This document shows positions 20,377 through 30,591 of a stretch of 64,000 nucleotides of DNA, piece by piece. Numbering within the stretch: position 1 is the stretch's first letter; each line of letters opens with the position of its first letter. The DNA is from Deltaproteobacteria bacterium. Lineage in GTDB: Bacteria; Myxococcota_A; Polyangia; DRWM01; JAAZOP01. Under the pieces are notes generated by a model, which ran no database searches, was not told where the DNA came from, and was given only the letters and a program-made list of their open reading frames with translations. A program made the translations under genes and the position numbers. The stretch spans positions 1,427-65,426 of the forward strand of contig JACRCX010000124.1 of assembly GCA_016218815.1 (NCBI GenBank), read 5' to 3'.

Positions 20377-20509
20377 GTCTCACCTCTCCGCCGGGATTAC
20401 CGGAAGCTGGACGCCCTGTCAGTGCAGAGCGTTTCGTGCGGGATTGTCGCGCGGGCGGGGGGCGAGGGTCAATGGGGAGAGGGAGGGGAGGGAGGGGAGA
20501 AGAGGGGGC

Positions 20510-20565
20510 GGAGATCCGACTTACCGCTGAGACGCTGAGGACGCTGAGAGGAACGCTGAGAAGGC
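20510..20565 (+). repeat. Dispersed ~56-nt element, copy 2
   Basis: Matches 472-527 with 2 substitutions. Confidence 0.9.
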
Positions 20566-20764
20566 GGGGGAAGTGCAGGTACGAGCGACCCGTGATGGAG
20601 GTCCGGGGTGTGGGTGCCGTGACGCGGCGAGGCGCCGCGCCACGGACTCCTCCGTCGCCGGGTTGAACCGTGGACGGTTTCCGGCTTGACGGTGCGCGCT
20701 CGTCCGCCCAAGATCGCGCGATGCGTCGGGGCCAACGATGCAGCCGTGCGTGGAGGGTGACGGG

Positions 20765-22582
20765 ATGAGGATGGTGGGGCGAGGGGCGCTCGTGGTGGTG
20801 ATCGGCGCGGGATGGATGGTTGCCGGGTGTGCGTCGCACGGGCGGATGGAGTGCGGGGTGGACCTGGGGGGCGGGCAAGCGCGGTTCTGCGCGGGGGACG
20901 GGAGCCAGGTGTGCATCTGCGCGACGAACCGGTGCGCGCGTGTCGTCGAGCCGGGCGAGTGCCCGGCGGGATACCGGTACGTCGATGACGACGGGGCGTG
21001 CGTGGAGGGTGGAGCGGAGGGGTCGTCGGCCATGCCGTCGAGCGCGGCGGGCCACGTGTGTCCGGCGGGGGATGCGGACGCGGATGCGGACGGGGACGGG
21101 GAGGGCGACGGGGACGCCGACGGCGCGGACGGACTTCCGCTGCCGACGTTGGGAGAGCCGGTGGAGATCGGGGGCGGCGAGCAGCCGCGGGTCGTGCCGT
21201 TCGGGGACGTGCTGATGGCGGAGTGGATCTCCGATCAGTCGTCGCTGGCGTCGGCGGACGAGGTGGTGGTGCAGCTCGTGGATTCCGAGCTGCAGCCGGT
21301 GGGGGCGGCGGCGTCGGTGACGGCGTTCGACGGCGGTCCGGCGAACCTGCGGCTCAACGGGGCGACGACGTGGGCGACGTGTGGAGCGGCCGCGGGCGAC
21401 GAAGCGGCGCTTTTCGGGCACTGGCTGATCGACGAGACGACGGGGCAGTACTACCCGCGTCTGCTGTGGGCGCACCGTACGGGGCCGACGGCGGTCGAGG
21501 TCCTGGACCGCACGGACGAGCTGGCGGATGCGGCGTACGGGACGGTGCTGTTGTTCGTGGTGGCGGGGAACGGGACGGACTGCACGGTGGTCTGGGCGGC
21601 GGCGCCGGGTGGAACGGACCCGATTGCGATCCGATTCGGGCGGGTCGGGGGGGTGGGTGAAGACATGGGGTCGGTGGAGGTGTTCCACGAGGCACCGCCA
21701 TGGACCTTGCACAGCGAGACGCCGTTCCCGGCGGCGCCGGGAGCGCCGGCGGATCCGCCGTGGCCGGCGGCGTGGGTCGACGCGGACGGAAGCGTGGCGG
21801 TGGTCACGGGGGCAAAGAACTCGGCCACGAGCGAGGTTGCGGTGATCGGCCAGGTGATCAACGCGGCGTCCGCGAGGGTGTGGGAGCCGGCGACCGACAA
21901 CTTTTCGGTGCTGGCGACGTTCGAGGACGCGGATTTTCCGTATCGGGGCATCGAGTCGTCGTTCTACAACGCGATCGGCGCGAAGGGGCAATGGCTGCTG
22001 GCGCCGGTGGTGCTGGTGCAGGACGACGACGCGGGGACGCGGTGCCTGCACCTGATCACGGCGAACCGATCGGCCTCGACGCCGTACGCCGAGGACATCG
22101 AGATCACCGGAAGCTGTCCGGACGCGCGGCTGCCGGCGTGGGTTTCGGGGCCCGGCACGTACGGGTACCTCGCGTACACGGCGTGGGACGGCGCGGACGT
22201 GATGCGGGTGATGCTGGGCCGGACGGACGGCCACGGCATCGAGACCGGGGCGGGGATATTCGAGCACGCGTCTCCGGCGGCCTTCGCGCGGCTGAGCGTG
22301 GACGCCGCGCAGCGCGCGTGGCTCGGCTGGGTGCAGCTTCCGGAGATGAGCATGGACTTCGAGTACGCGGTGGAGCACTGGACGCCGGAGCTGGACCCGG
22401 TGGCGGGCTGGCCGGAGGGGGGCGTGGCGGTGACGGGGGCGGGCGAGTCGCTGCCGCTGGAATCCACGGCGACGCTGGCGCCGCCGCTGCCGGACGGGGA
22501 CGGAGCGATCGTGGGCTGGACGCGGATCATCGATTCGACGCACCGGAGCGTGGTGCTGCGGCGGGTGGACGATTCGCGGTGA
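20765..22582 (+). CDS. Hypothetical lipoprotein (Cys-rich N-terminus, DADA linker, beta-rich C-terminus)
   Basis: GGAGG RBS, signal ending VAGC, short beta-strand pattern with Trp. Confidence 0.75.
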   Translation: MRMVGRGALVVVIGAGWMVAGCASHGRMECGVDLGGGQARFCAGDGSQVCICATNRCARVVEPGECPAGYRYVDDDGACVEGGAEGSSAMPSSAAGHVCPAGDADADADGDGEGDGDADGADGLPLPTLGEPVEIGGGEQPRVVPFGDVLMAEWISDQSSLASADEVVVQLVDSELQPVGAAASVTAFDGGPANLRLNGATTWATCGAAAGDEAALFGHWLIDETTGQYYPRLLWAHRTGPTAVEVLDRTDELADAAYGTVLLFVVAGNGTDCTVVWAAAPGGTDPIAIRFGRVGGVGEDMGSVEVFHEAPPWTLHSETPFPAAPGAPADPPWPAAWVDADGSVAVVTGAKNSATSEVAVIGQVINAASARVWEPATDNFSVLATFEDADFPYRGIESSFYNAIGAKGQWLLAPVVLVQDDDAGTRCLHLITANRSASTPYAEDIEITGSCPDARLPAWVSGPGTYGYLAYTAWDGADVMRVMLGRTDGHGIETGAGIFEHASPAAFARLSVDAAQRAWLGWVQLPEMSMDFEYAVEHWTPELDPVAGWPEGGVAVTGAGESLPLESTATLAPPLPDGDGAIVGWTRIIDSTHRSVVLRRVDDSR

Positions 22583-22687
22583 ACGACCGATGCCGACCTA
22601 TGACGACGCGTCAGCCTTTTCCGGACCGGACGAGGTGAGGTGGAGAGCTGGACCGGAGAGGTGGGGACGGTCGGGCAAAGGGCAGCT

Positions 22688-25600
22688 TCAGCGCGGCGGG
22701 CGGGTCCGGTCGTGGAACCAGGCGCGGTATTCGGCCATGAGGGCGAGTTGAGCGGGAGGGGCGCGGCGCACGCACGTTGAATGCTCGTCGGAGCCTTCCG
22801 GGGCGGCCCAGCGGACCTCGACGCAGTCGTTGGGGTTGTAGGCGACTTCGAGACCTGGGGAGCGAGCGAGGAGCTCGGCGAGGGTCAAGGTCCAGGTCGA
22901 GGCGTCGGAGCGCGTGTACGCGAACTGTCGTGCGGCCAGTTCGGTGTCGAGGGCGGTGTGCAGGGCGTCCACCGTGGAGGGCACGGCGGATGAATCCAGC
23001 CCGTAGAGCTCGGGTCGCCGGGCGACGGCGTCGGGGAAGGACCGGACGGTGTCGAGCGCGATGAGGAGGCGCATGTCGCGCGACGGGGTTGCGTAGTCCT
23101 CCCAGGCGCCGGAGGTTTCGAAGATGTCGTGTCCCTCCGGCATCGGGATCGTGACGCCGGGGTGCTCCGCGGCGTAGGTCTCGCCGTTGGCGACGGAGAC
23201 GACGCGGCGGACGGCGGCTTCCTCGAGGGCGTCGACGAGGACCACGAGCGCCTCGTTCGGATCGAGCGGGCGCGGGTTGATGAGTGACTCGACGCCGTCG
23301 TAGAAATCGTCCGCGGAGCCCGAGTACTGCTGATTCGACCACCGGACGTGCTCGTCGGAGACGGCCAGCTCGGCGTTGGTCGGGACGACGATCGTGCCCG
23401 AGGCGTGCTCGAAGCGTGGCGGGCGCCAGGCCTTGAAGCCGGCGCCTGACGCGGTCGTGTCGGGAGTGAAGAGGAAGGTGCCGCGCCAGAAGCGGCGGCG
23501 GCCGACCGTGCCGTCGGGTTGCGCGTCGGCGGCGAGGAGCATACCCGGCGCGTCCGCGCGCTCGGGGACCCAGGCGACGATGATGAGGGTATGGCCGTAG
23601 GGGTCGGCGTAGACGGTCCCGGGCGGAAGCGACTCGCGGGTCAGGGCGACGGGGTAGAGATCGGTGGCGTCACTGTCCGGGGCGGTGCGGGCGGTGCCCG
23701 AGTGGATGGTGTTCTCGACGCGGGTGACGAAGTCGGCGAAGACCTCGACCTCGGGGCGCGGAGCTTCCGGGGCGATATCGGCAGGGAGGTCCGAAGCGGG
23801 CGGCGTGCCGGGAGCGGGCGTCGCGGGAACGGCGAGCGGGGCGGCGCCTCCGTCTTCCGGCTCCGGCGGCGCGTCGGGGTGGAGGTTGCTCTGCGGGAAT
23901 TCGCCGCAGGAGGGCGGGGCGTCGGCCCGGCCGCGGGTGCAGCGGCGGAAGGCGAACGGAAGCTTGAGCTTCCAGGAGAAGTAGGCGCGGAGGACGTAGG
24001 CGAGGCCGGCGCAATCGGGGGCGAGCTGGAGCTTCTCGTCTTCGCCGAGCCCGAGGTGATCGTAGAGGAGGTTGCGTTCGGGGTCGCGCAGGAGGGTCTG
24101 GAGGTCGGGCCAGGTGACGTCTTCTCCGGCGGGCTCGCGGAAGAGCTGCTCGACGAAGGCGGCGTACAGGTTGTCGGTGTCGCGCTCCCAGCTCCAGGCG
24201 GGCCGCCAGGGCGGGGTTTCAGCGGGGTGCAGCTCGGGCCGATGGGGGCCGCGCGCGACGCGGAAACGCTCGCAGGCATCGACGCGGGAGCCGTCGCCGA
24301 GGACGGCGGTCCACTCGCCGGCGACGGGCGCCTCGACGCGCGCCCACCAGGTGTACGGGGGACCGGCCAGGCGGTGGACGTCGACGGTCTGCCGGTTGCC
24401 GTCCGGGTCGAGGAGGGCCAGCTCGACGGGGCCGAGCTCGCGGGCGGTGGTGACGATCACGCGCATGGGATTGGCGGCGTTGGGCACGCGGGGCGAGCGG
24501 AAGACGCGGACCTCTGTGGAGTCGTCGCAGGCGTCGCCATCCGGAACATCGACCGGCGCGGCGGCGCGAAGCTCGGCCGCGCCTTCCAGGTCCGGACCGG
24601 GTCCGCGGCCGAGGACGGTGAAGCGGTCGATGCGCTCGAGGAACGAGCCTTTGGACGAACCGGCGCCGAGACTGAGGTCGCTGACGTCCACGCGATCGGC
24701 GCGCCGGCGCGTCTCGGCGGGCTTGCCGGGCGCGTCGCCGGCGCCGCACGGCTGGAGGTATTCGCTGAAGGAGTGGATGGCCATCGGGGTGTCGTCCTCG
24801 GCGAGGCCGAGGTAGAGCATGATGTGGCCGTCGATGTGCAGGAGCACGACGCCGCGGCGGGCGGCGGCTTCGAGGAGCCGCAGCTTCTTGGCGGAGTCGG
24901 CGAGCGAGGCGACGTCGATCGAGAACGTACCGGCGAGGGCCTGACGGCCGCTGTTCCGGGGAAGTCCGAGGTCGAAGGCGGCGAAGACCTCCTGGACGAA
25001 GCCGGAGCAGTCGAGGCCTCCGTCGCGTCCGCCCCAGCCGTACGGTTCGCCGAGCCGGGAGAACGCCTCCTCGAGCACGGCGGCGCGGGTGAGATCGCGA
25101 TGGGTGGGCCGGAGTCCGGCGGCCACCGGCTCGCTCTGGTGCAGTCCGTCGGACGTTGCGAACCAGACGCGGTCGGTCGAGCCTTCGACGAGCGGCGCGA
25201 TCGTCCCTTCGGGAAGGTCGGCGGCGGCCCCGTCGGCCGAGACGAGGTGCGTCGGGCCGGCGATGCGCGCGCGCGGTCCGTGGGAGAGCAGCTCGCGGCG
25301 GTCGTCGGGCGCGGGGGGCGAGAGCGGGGCGTCGTCGGGGATCCAGCCGAACGCGGAGGCGGTGCGGGCGACGAGCAGTCCGCCGTCCCAGGCGGCGACG
25401 ATGCGGACCAGCTCCTGGGGGCGGGCGGAGCCGCAGATGTTGCGGTCGAACGCGGGATCGACGGGCTCGGTGTACAGGCCGTCCAGGCGGGGTCCGCAGT
25501 GCAGCGGGAGCGAGGCGAGAGCGACTCGCCATTCGTCGCGAGGCGGCGGTGGCTGGGCGGGCGGATCGAGCGCGGCGAGCGCGTCCTCGGGGAAGCGGGT

Positions 25601-26095
25601 GCCGTTGCGGTCGACGTAGCGGCCCGAGGCCATGTCGTCGCGGACCGAGCGGAGGCGGGACGCGATTTCGGATTGCAGCGCGTGCGGGTCTTCGGGGGCG
25701 GCCAGGTCGCTCCAGCCGAGGGGCCAGCCGTCGACGGGGAGCTGCAGGGCGCGATCGTGATCGGTGATGCCGCCGGCGGAGAGGAGCACCTCGTCCGGGG
25801 GCCCGTAGGCGGCGACGCGCGCGAGCCAGTACGCGAGGGTGCGCTGTTCGTCGCGTATGCCGGGCAGCGGAGTCGGGGCGGGCAGCAGCTCGGGGCACGC
25901 GCCGGATTCGCCGGCCTCCTCGGCGGTGGCCGCGGCGCCGGCGTCGGTCGCGACTCCCCGGGCGTCGCCGTCGCCGCCGCGCGGCGTGACTTGGCCGGCG
26001 CCCTGGGTGCAGGCGGCGAGTGCGAGGAGAGCGGGAAGGGCGGAGAGAGCGGCGAGAGCGCGAAGGGTGGACGAGGTGGCGGACGGGAAGCGCAT
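22688..26095 (-). CDS. Lipoprotein with NlpC/P60 peptidase domain plus a second Cys/His domain
   Basis: LALAAC lipobox; LGEPYGWGGRDGGLDCSGF...GHIMLYLG; later PDCAGLAYVLRAYF...DPYGHT. Confidence 0.82.
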   Translation of the reverse strand: MRFPSATSSTLRALAALSALPALLALAACTQGAGQVTPRGGDGDARGVATDAGAAATAEEAGESGACPELLPAPTPLPGIRDEQRTLAYWLARVAAYGPPDEVLLSAGGITDHDRALQLPVDGWPLGWSDLAAPEDPHALQSEIASRLRSVRDDMASGRYVDRNGTRFPEDALAALDPPAQPPPPRDEWRVALASLPLHCGPRLDGLYTEPVDPAFDRNICGSARPQELVRIVAAWDGGLLVARTASAFGWIPDDAPLSPPAPDDRRELLSHGPRARIAGPTHLVSADGAAADLPEGTIAPLVEGSTDRVWFATSDGLHQSEPVAAGLRPTHRDLTRAAVLEEAFSRLGEPYGWGGRDGGLDCSGFVQEVFAAFDLGLPRNSGRQALAGTFSIDVASLADSAKKLRLLEAAARRGVVLLHIDGHIMLYLGLAEDDTPMAIHSFSEYLQPCGAGDAPGKPAETRRRADRVDVSDLSLGAGSSKGSFLERIDRFTVLGRGPGPDLEGAAELRAAAPVDVPDGDACDDSTEVRVFRSPRVPNAANPMRVIVTTARELGPVELALLDPDGNRQTVDVHRLAGPPYTWWARVEAPVAGEWTAVLGDGSRVDACERFRVARGPHRPELHPAETPPWRPAWSWERDTDNLYAAFVEQLFREPAGEDVTWPDLQTLLRDPERNLLYDHLGLGEDEKLQLAPDCAGLAYVLRAYFSWKLKLPFAFRRCTRGRADAPPSCGEFPQSNLHPDAPPEPEDGGAAPLAVPATPAPGTPPASDLPADIAPEAPRPEVEVFADFVTRVENTIHSGTARTAPDSDATDLYPVALTRESLPPGTVYADPYGHTLIIVAWVPERADAPGMLLAADAQPDGTVGRRRFWRGTFLFTPDTTASGAGFKAWRPPRFEHASGTIVVPTNAELAVSDEHVRWSNQQYSGSADDFYDGVESLINPRPLDPNEALVVLVDALEEAAVRRVVSVANGETYAAEHPGVTIPMPEGHDIFETSGAWEDYATPSRDMRLLIALDTVRSFPDAVARRPELYGLDSSAVPSTVDALHTALDTELAARQFAYTRSDASTWTLTLAELLARSPGLEVAYNPNDCVEVRWAAPEGSDEHSTCVRRAPPAQLALMAEYRAWFHDRTRPPR

Positions 26096-26112
26096 CGATA
26101 GGCATCCTACAA

Positions 26113-26182
26113 GTTCTTGGTTTCTGGTTCTCGGTTTTCGGTCTTCAGTTTTCAGTCTTCGGTTCTTGGCGCTTGGGTATTG
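26113..26182 (+). repeat. Degenerate heptamer array, 10 units (GTTCTTG-like)
   Basis: gttcttg gtttctg gttctcg gttttcg gtcttca gttttca gtcttcg gttcttg gcgcttg ggtattg. Confidence 0.85.
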
Positions 26183-26233
26183 GTACGAAGGTGTGGTCGT
26201 GCGATTCTCGTCGGCGTGAAGGCTGCATGTCGG

Positions 26234-28747
26234 GTGCGTGTTCCGTCGACCTGGGTGGTTCTGCCGATTCTCCTCGTCTTGCTGGACCTGGGGTGCCGGC
26301 GGGAGCGGGCGGCAGAGGCGCCGGTGCCGGTGCCGGTGCCCGAGGAGACGCGCATCGACCTCTTGGACCGGTTCCCGGAGGCGGAGGTGGAGGGCGGGGG
26401 GGATTCGACGGTGGTCGATTTCGCGCTGCTGGCCGACGAGGTGCGGGACGCGGTGGTGGTGCGGCCGCCGGCGACGATCCGGTTCCGCGGCGTGCCGCTC
26501 CACCCGCACGCCGTGCTGTCCTTCGGCGTCGGGGCGGATCGACCGGCGGGGGGGACGGCGCCGCCGGTGAGCTTCGTGGTGCGGATCGATGCGGGCGACG
26601 GCCCGAAGGAGGTTTTTCGTCGGGACGAGGTCGTGCGGGGCGGGGGGAAAGGGGGGTGGTCGGACGTCGAGATCCCGCTGACGGAAGCGTCGCCGGTCGC
26701 CGCCGCCGAGATCGTCCTGGAGGCGACGGGCGGGGATCTGGCGGTGGTGGCGGGGTGGGCCTGGCCGGAGGTGGTGTCCGACGGTGCGCCGGCGAGCGGC
26801 GACCGGTCGGAGATCGCGCGCGAGGAGCCGGTACGCGACCTCCTGGCGTCGTTCGCCGACGCGCGGACGTCGGCGGCGCCGGGAGGCGAGACGCCGCGAC
26901 TGCTGGAGGGGCACAACGACGCGGGGCGTCCGTATCCTCCGGCGCTGGTGGTGCCGGCGGGGGCGTCGGTCCGTTGGGAGGTGGAGGCGGGGCCGTCCGA
27001 GGCGCTGCGCGTGCGTTTTCACGCGAGCCGCGAGTCGCGGTCGGCAGTCGCGGCCGGGACCATCGGTTTCTCGGTACGCGCTCGCCGGTCCGGCGGCGGG
27101 GCGCCCGGCGAGTCGTGGAAGGAGCTGGAGCGAGAGAGTCTTGACGTCGCGACCCTGCCGTCGGGCATGGGCCGCATGCGGTCGGTCGGGCGGACGCTGA
27201 CGCTGGGCGAGGGGCGATGGGAGGTGGAGCTGGAGGGTGTGGAGGCGCCCGGCGCGCGCGGCGCCCACGCGGCGTTCGGTGCGGTCGAGGTGGTGCGCCG
27301 GACGACGACGGTGCGGCGGACGGCCCTTCGACCGGGCTCAGGGCGGGCCCTTCGACCTCTCGGCAAGCTCGGGGCAGGCGGTGCTGCGGGCCCGCGGAAC
27401 ATCGTGCTCCTGCTCGCGGACACGCTGCGCGACGACCACCTCGGGTCGCACGGCTACGAGAGGGACACGGCGCCGGCGCTGGCGCGGTGGGAGCGCGAGG
27501 GGGTCGTGCTGGAGGACGTGTCCACGCCCGCGCCATCGACGTTGCCGGCGACGGCCTGCCTGCTCACGGGCACGTCGCCGCCGCGGAACAGGGTTTTCGC
27601 CGAGGCGAGCCGGAGGCTGCCGCTGGGGGCGCGGACGCTGGCCGAGGTGGCGCAGGACGCGGGATACACGACGGCGGCGTTCATCGCCAACCCGCTGCTC
27701 GCGCCCGGCAGCGGGTTCGAGCAGGGGTTCGAGGAGTACGAGGATCTGGCGTTCATGGACGCCGGGCGGCTCGACCGGCTGGTCGAGCCGTGGATCCGGC
27801 GGCACCGGTCGGAGCGTTTCCTGCTCTACGTGCACGCCATCGATCCGCACGCGCCGTACGTGGCGCCCGGAGTCGACTACTCGTTCTTCGACCCGGAGTA
27901 CGCCGGCCTGGTGGATCACGACACGTGGAGCGTGCACCGGCCGTGGTTCCGGGCGTTGCTGGTGGCGGCGGGGCGGGGGATGCCGTTCGAGGTGGTGGAG
28001 GAGGGGGTCGGGGAGGGCGTGGAGTGGACCGCGCGCGGGCTGCGCGTCGGCCGGCCGCTGCTGCGCCGGCTGGAGACGTTGTACGACGGCGAGATCCGCT
28101 TCTGGGACCGGCAGCTCGACCGGGTGCTCGCGACGCTGCGCGAAGAAGGGCTGTGGGACGAGACGGTGGTCGCGGTGGTCGCGGACCACGGGGAGGGGTT
28201 CGGCGAGACGGGTCACTACGGGCACGGCTTCGACATCGACGAGCGCATACTGCGGGTGCCGGTGGTCTTCCTGGGCGCCGGGGTGGGGGAGCCGCGGAGG
28301 GTCTCGCGACCGGCATCGTTGATCGACGTCGCCCCGACGCTGTTGGACCTGGCCGGGCTGGCGGCGCCCGAGGGGATGGAGGGGATGCCGTTGCGGGAGC
28401 TCGAGGCGCCTGGGGCGGAGGAGCGACCGATCCTGTCGTGCACGCTGTCCCAGTCGAGCCTGTCGCCGGGCCGGCCGATCTCGTACCAGACGGCGGTCGC
28501 CGCGCGCACCGCCGCGCTGGAGGTCGTGCATTTCGCCGGCGACAGAACGTGGCGGGTGCGGCGGCGGGACGGCGGTCCGGCGCGGTTCGTGGAGGAGGGG
28601 GCGGTCCCGGTGGAGCTGAAGGCGGCGATCCTGGAGTTCGAGGCCGGGCTGCCGCGGAGCGGAACGTCGGCGGCGCCGCAGGACGCCGGGCTGGCGACGT
28701 CGGGGCGGGAGGTCAACGCGCTGCGGGCGCTGGGCTACCTGCACTAG
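26234..28747 (+). CDS. Sulfatase/alkaline-phosphatase superfamily protein with N-terminal beta domains, probable lipoprotein
   Basis: LLADTLRDDHL, STLPATACLLTG, IDPHAPY, YDGEI, ADHGE; LDLGC signal; start codon uncertain. Confidence 0.85.
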   Translation: MRVPSTWVVLPILLVLLDLGCRRERAAEAPVPVPVPEETRIDLLDRFPEAEVEGGGDSTVVDFALLADEVRDAVVVRPPATIRFRGVPLHPHAVLSFGVGADRPAGGTAPPVSFVVRIDAGDGPKEVFRRDEVVRGGGKGGWSDVEIPLTEASPVAAAEIVLEATGGDLAVVAGWAWPEVVSDGAPASGDRSEIAREEPVRDLLASFADARTSAAPGGETPRLLEGHNDAGRPYPPALVVPAGASVRWEVEAGPSEALRVRFHASRESRSAVAAGTIGFSVRARRSGGGAPGESWKELERESLDVATLPSGMGRMRSVGRTLTLGEGRWEVELEGVEAPGARGAHAAFGAVEVVRRTTTVRRTALRPGSGRALRPLGKLGAGGAAGPRNIVLLLADTLRDDHLGSHGYERDTAPALARWEREGVVLEDVSTPAPSTLPATACLLTGTSPPRNRVFAEASRRLPLGARTLAEVAQDAGYTTAAFIANPLLAPGSGFEQGFEEYEDLAFMDAGRLDRLVEPWIRRHRSERFLLYVHAIDPHAPYVAPGVDYSFFDPEYAGLVDHDTWSVHRPWFRALLVAAGRGMPFEVVEEGVGEGVEWTARGLRVGRPLLRRLETLYDGEIRFWDRQLDRVLATLREEGLWDETVVAVVADHGEGFGETGHYGHGFDIDERILRVPVVFLGAGVGEPRRVSRPASLIDVAPTLLDLAGLAAPEGMEGMPLRELEAPGAEERPILSCTLSQSSLSPGRPISYQTAVAARTAALEVVHFAGDRTWRVRRRDGGPARFVEEGAVPVELKAAILEFEAGLPRSGTSAAPQDAGLATSGREVNALRALGYLH
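27324..27379 (+). repeat. REP-like tandem inside the sulfatase CDS
   Basis: CCCTTCGACCGGGCTCAGGGCGGG-CCCTTCGACC-TCTCGGCAAGCTCGGGGCAGGC resembles 12797-12820. Confidence 0.7.
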
Positions 28748-28953
28748 GGGAGTGCGGGGAGAGTGGTGCGGTTGTTGGTAATTGGGAGGATTGATCGGGT
28801 CGAGTCATTGGTCCGGGCGAGGGCTTGCCCGCCGTAGCCCCGAAGGGCGAAGGCGGGTCGGCGGTTGACTTCGTGCCGATACTGCCTACCTCTGGGCGGT
28901 CCACCGGCCGCGGGCGGGGGGCTGTGCGGGACGAACCGGGGAGGGGGATTCCG

Positions 28954-30567
28954 ATGAGTGCAGCGCAAGGGGAGGTCGCAGGCGGTTTCGAGGTTTCTGC
29001 GCCGGCGGCGTCGGGGGTCGGGGAGGTACTGACGCGGGAGGCGCTCGACTTCGTGGGGAAGCTCGAGCGGGAGTTCGGGGAGCGGCGTCGCGAGGTGCTG
29101 GCGCGTCGGGCGGCGGTCCAGGCGGGCATCGATGCCGGCGGGACGCTCGACTTCCCGACGGAGACGATCGCGGTGCGGCAGGGGGACTGGGGGGTCGGGC
29201 CGATCCCTGCCGAGTTGGAGGACCGCCGGGTGGAGATCACGGGGCCGGTGGAGCGCAAGATGATGATCAACGCGCTCAACAGCGGGGCGCGGGTGTTCAT
29301 GGCCGACTTCGAGGACGCGCTGTCGCCGACCTGGAGCAATCTGATCCGGGGCCAGCTCAACGTGCGCGACGCCGTGCGACGGACGATCGCGCTGGACGCT
29401 CCGGACGGGAAGCGCTACCGGCTGCACGAGCGGACGGCGGTGCTGGTGGTGCGGCCCCGGGGCTGGCACCTGGAGGAGCGGCACGTACGGCTGGACGGCC
29501 GACCGATCTCGGCCTCGCTGTTCGATTTCGGGCTATCGCTGTTCCACAACGCCCGCGAGCTGCTGGAGCGGGGCTCGGGTCCGTACTTCTACCTGCCGAA
29601 GCTGCAGGCGCGGGGCGAGGCGCGGCTCTGGAACGACGTCTTCCTGCTGGCGGAGCGGGAGCTGGGGCTGCCGCGCGGCTCGATCAAGGCGACGGTGTTG
29701 ATCGAGACCATCCTGGCGGCGCTGGAGATGGAGGAGATCCTGTACGAGCTGCGCGAGCACGTGGTGGGGTTGAACGCGGGCCGCTGGGACTACCTGTTCA
29801 GCGTGATCAAGACGTTTCGCAACCGTCCGGGGTTCGTCCTGCCCGACCGGGCGCAGCTCGCGATGACGGTGCCGTTCCTGCGGGCGTACACGGAGCGGAT
29901 GGTGCAGGTGTGCCACAAACGGGGCGCGCACGCGATCGGCGGCATGGCGGCGTTCGTCCCGAGCCGTCGGGACGCGGCGGTGAACGAGCGGGCGTTCCGG
30001 AGGGTGGCCGAGGACAAGGAGCGGGAGTCCGGGGACGGCTTCGACGGGACGTGGGTCGCGCACCCGGACCTGGTGCCGGTGGCGCAGGCGGTCTTCGACC
30101 GCAGGCTGGGCCAGCGCCCGCACCAGAAGGAGCGGTTGCGCGGGGAGGTGCGGGTCGGCGCGGCGGAGCTGCTGGACTTCCGGGTGCCGGGCGGCCGGAT
30201 CACGGAGGCCGGGTTGCGCAACAATGTCGGCGTCGGGCTGCAATACGTCGAGTCCTGGCTGCGCGGCACCGGGGCCGCGGCGATCCTGGACCTGATGGAG
30301 GACACGGCGACGGCGGAGATCGCGCGCTCGCAGGTCTGGCAGTGGCTCCACGGTCCGGACGGGCGGTTGGACGACGGGCGGAAGGTGACGCCCGAGCTGT
30401 ACGGCGCGATCGCCGACCAGGAGTCGGCGGCGCTGCGGGAGCGGCTGGGGCCCGAGGTGTGGGGGGGCGGGCGCTGGGCGGCGGCGCGGCGGCTGTTCGA
30501 CCGCCTGGTGCTGGGCGAGCGGTTCGAGGAGTTCCTGACGCCGGCGGCGTACGAGGAGCTGGAATAG
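28954..30567 (+). CDS. aceB: Malate synthase A
   Basis: [64 protein letters not shown]. Confidence 0.96.
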   Translation: MSAAQGEVAGGFEVSAPAASGVGEVLTREALDFVGKLEREFGERRREVLARRAAVQAGIDAGGTLDFPTETIAVRQGDWGVGPIPAELEDRRVEITGPVERKMMINALNSGARVFMADFEDALSPTWSNLIRGQLNVRDAVRRTIALDAPDGKRYRLHERTAVLVVRPRGWHLEERHVRLDGRPISASLFDFGLSLFHNARELLERGSGPYFYLPKLQARGEARLWNDVFLLAERELGLPRGSIKATVLIETILAALEMEEILYELREHVVGLNAGRWDYLFSVIKTFRNRPGFVLPDRAQLAMTVPFLRAYTERMVQVCHKRGAHAIGGMAAFVPSRRDAAVNERAFRRVAEDKERESGDGFDGTWVAHPDLVPVAQAVFDRRLGQRPHQKERLRGEVRVGAAELLDFRVPGGRITEAGLRNNVGVGLQYVESWLRGTGAAAILDLMEDTATAEIARSQVWQWLHGPDGRLDDGRKVTPELYGAIADQESAALRERLGPEVWGGGRWAAARRLFDRLVLGERFEEFLTPAAYEELE

Positions 30568-30591
30568 GCGAGGGAACGGGGGGAGGAGGCG

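Noticed and set aside
13687-20538. 2283-aa + strand ORF and other very long overlapping ORFs (29533-34029, 53031-57488, 53081-57526)
   Set aside because: Antisense or off-frame shadows of real genes in high-GC DNA; skewed composition and no motifs.
22688-27268. 1526-aa ORF start at 27268
   Set aside because: Upstream part overlaps the sulfatase and the heptamer array; the lipoprotein signal begins at 26095.
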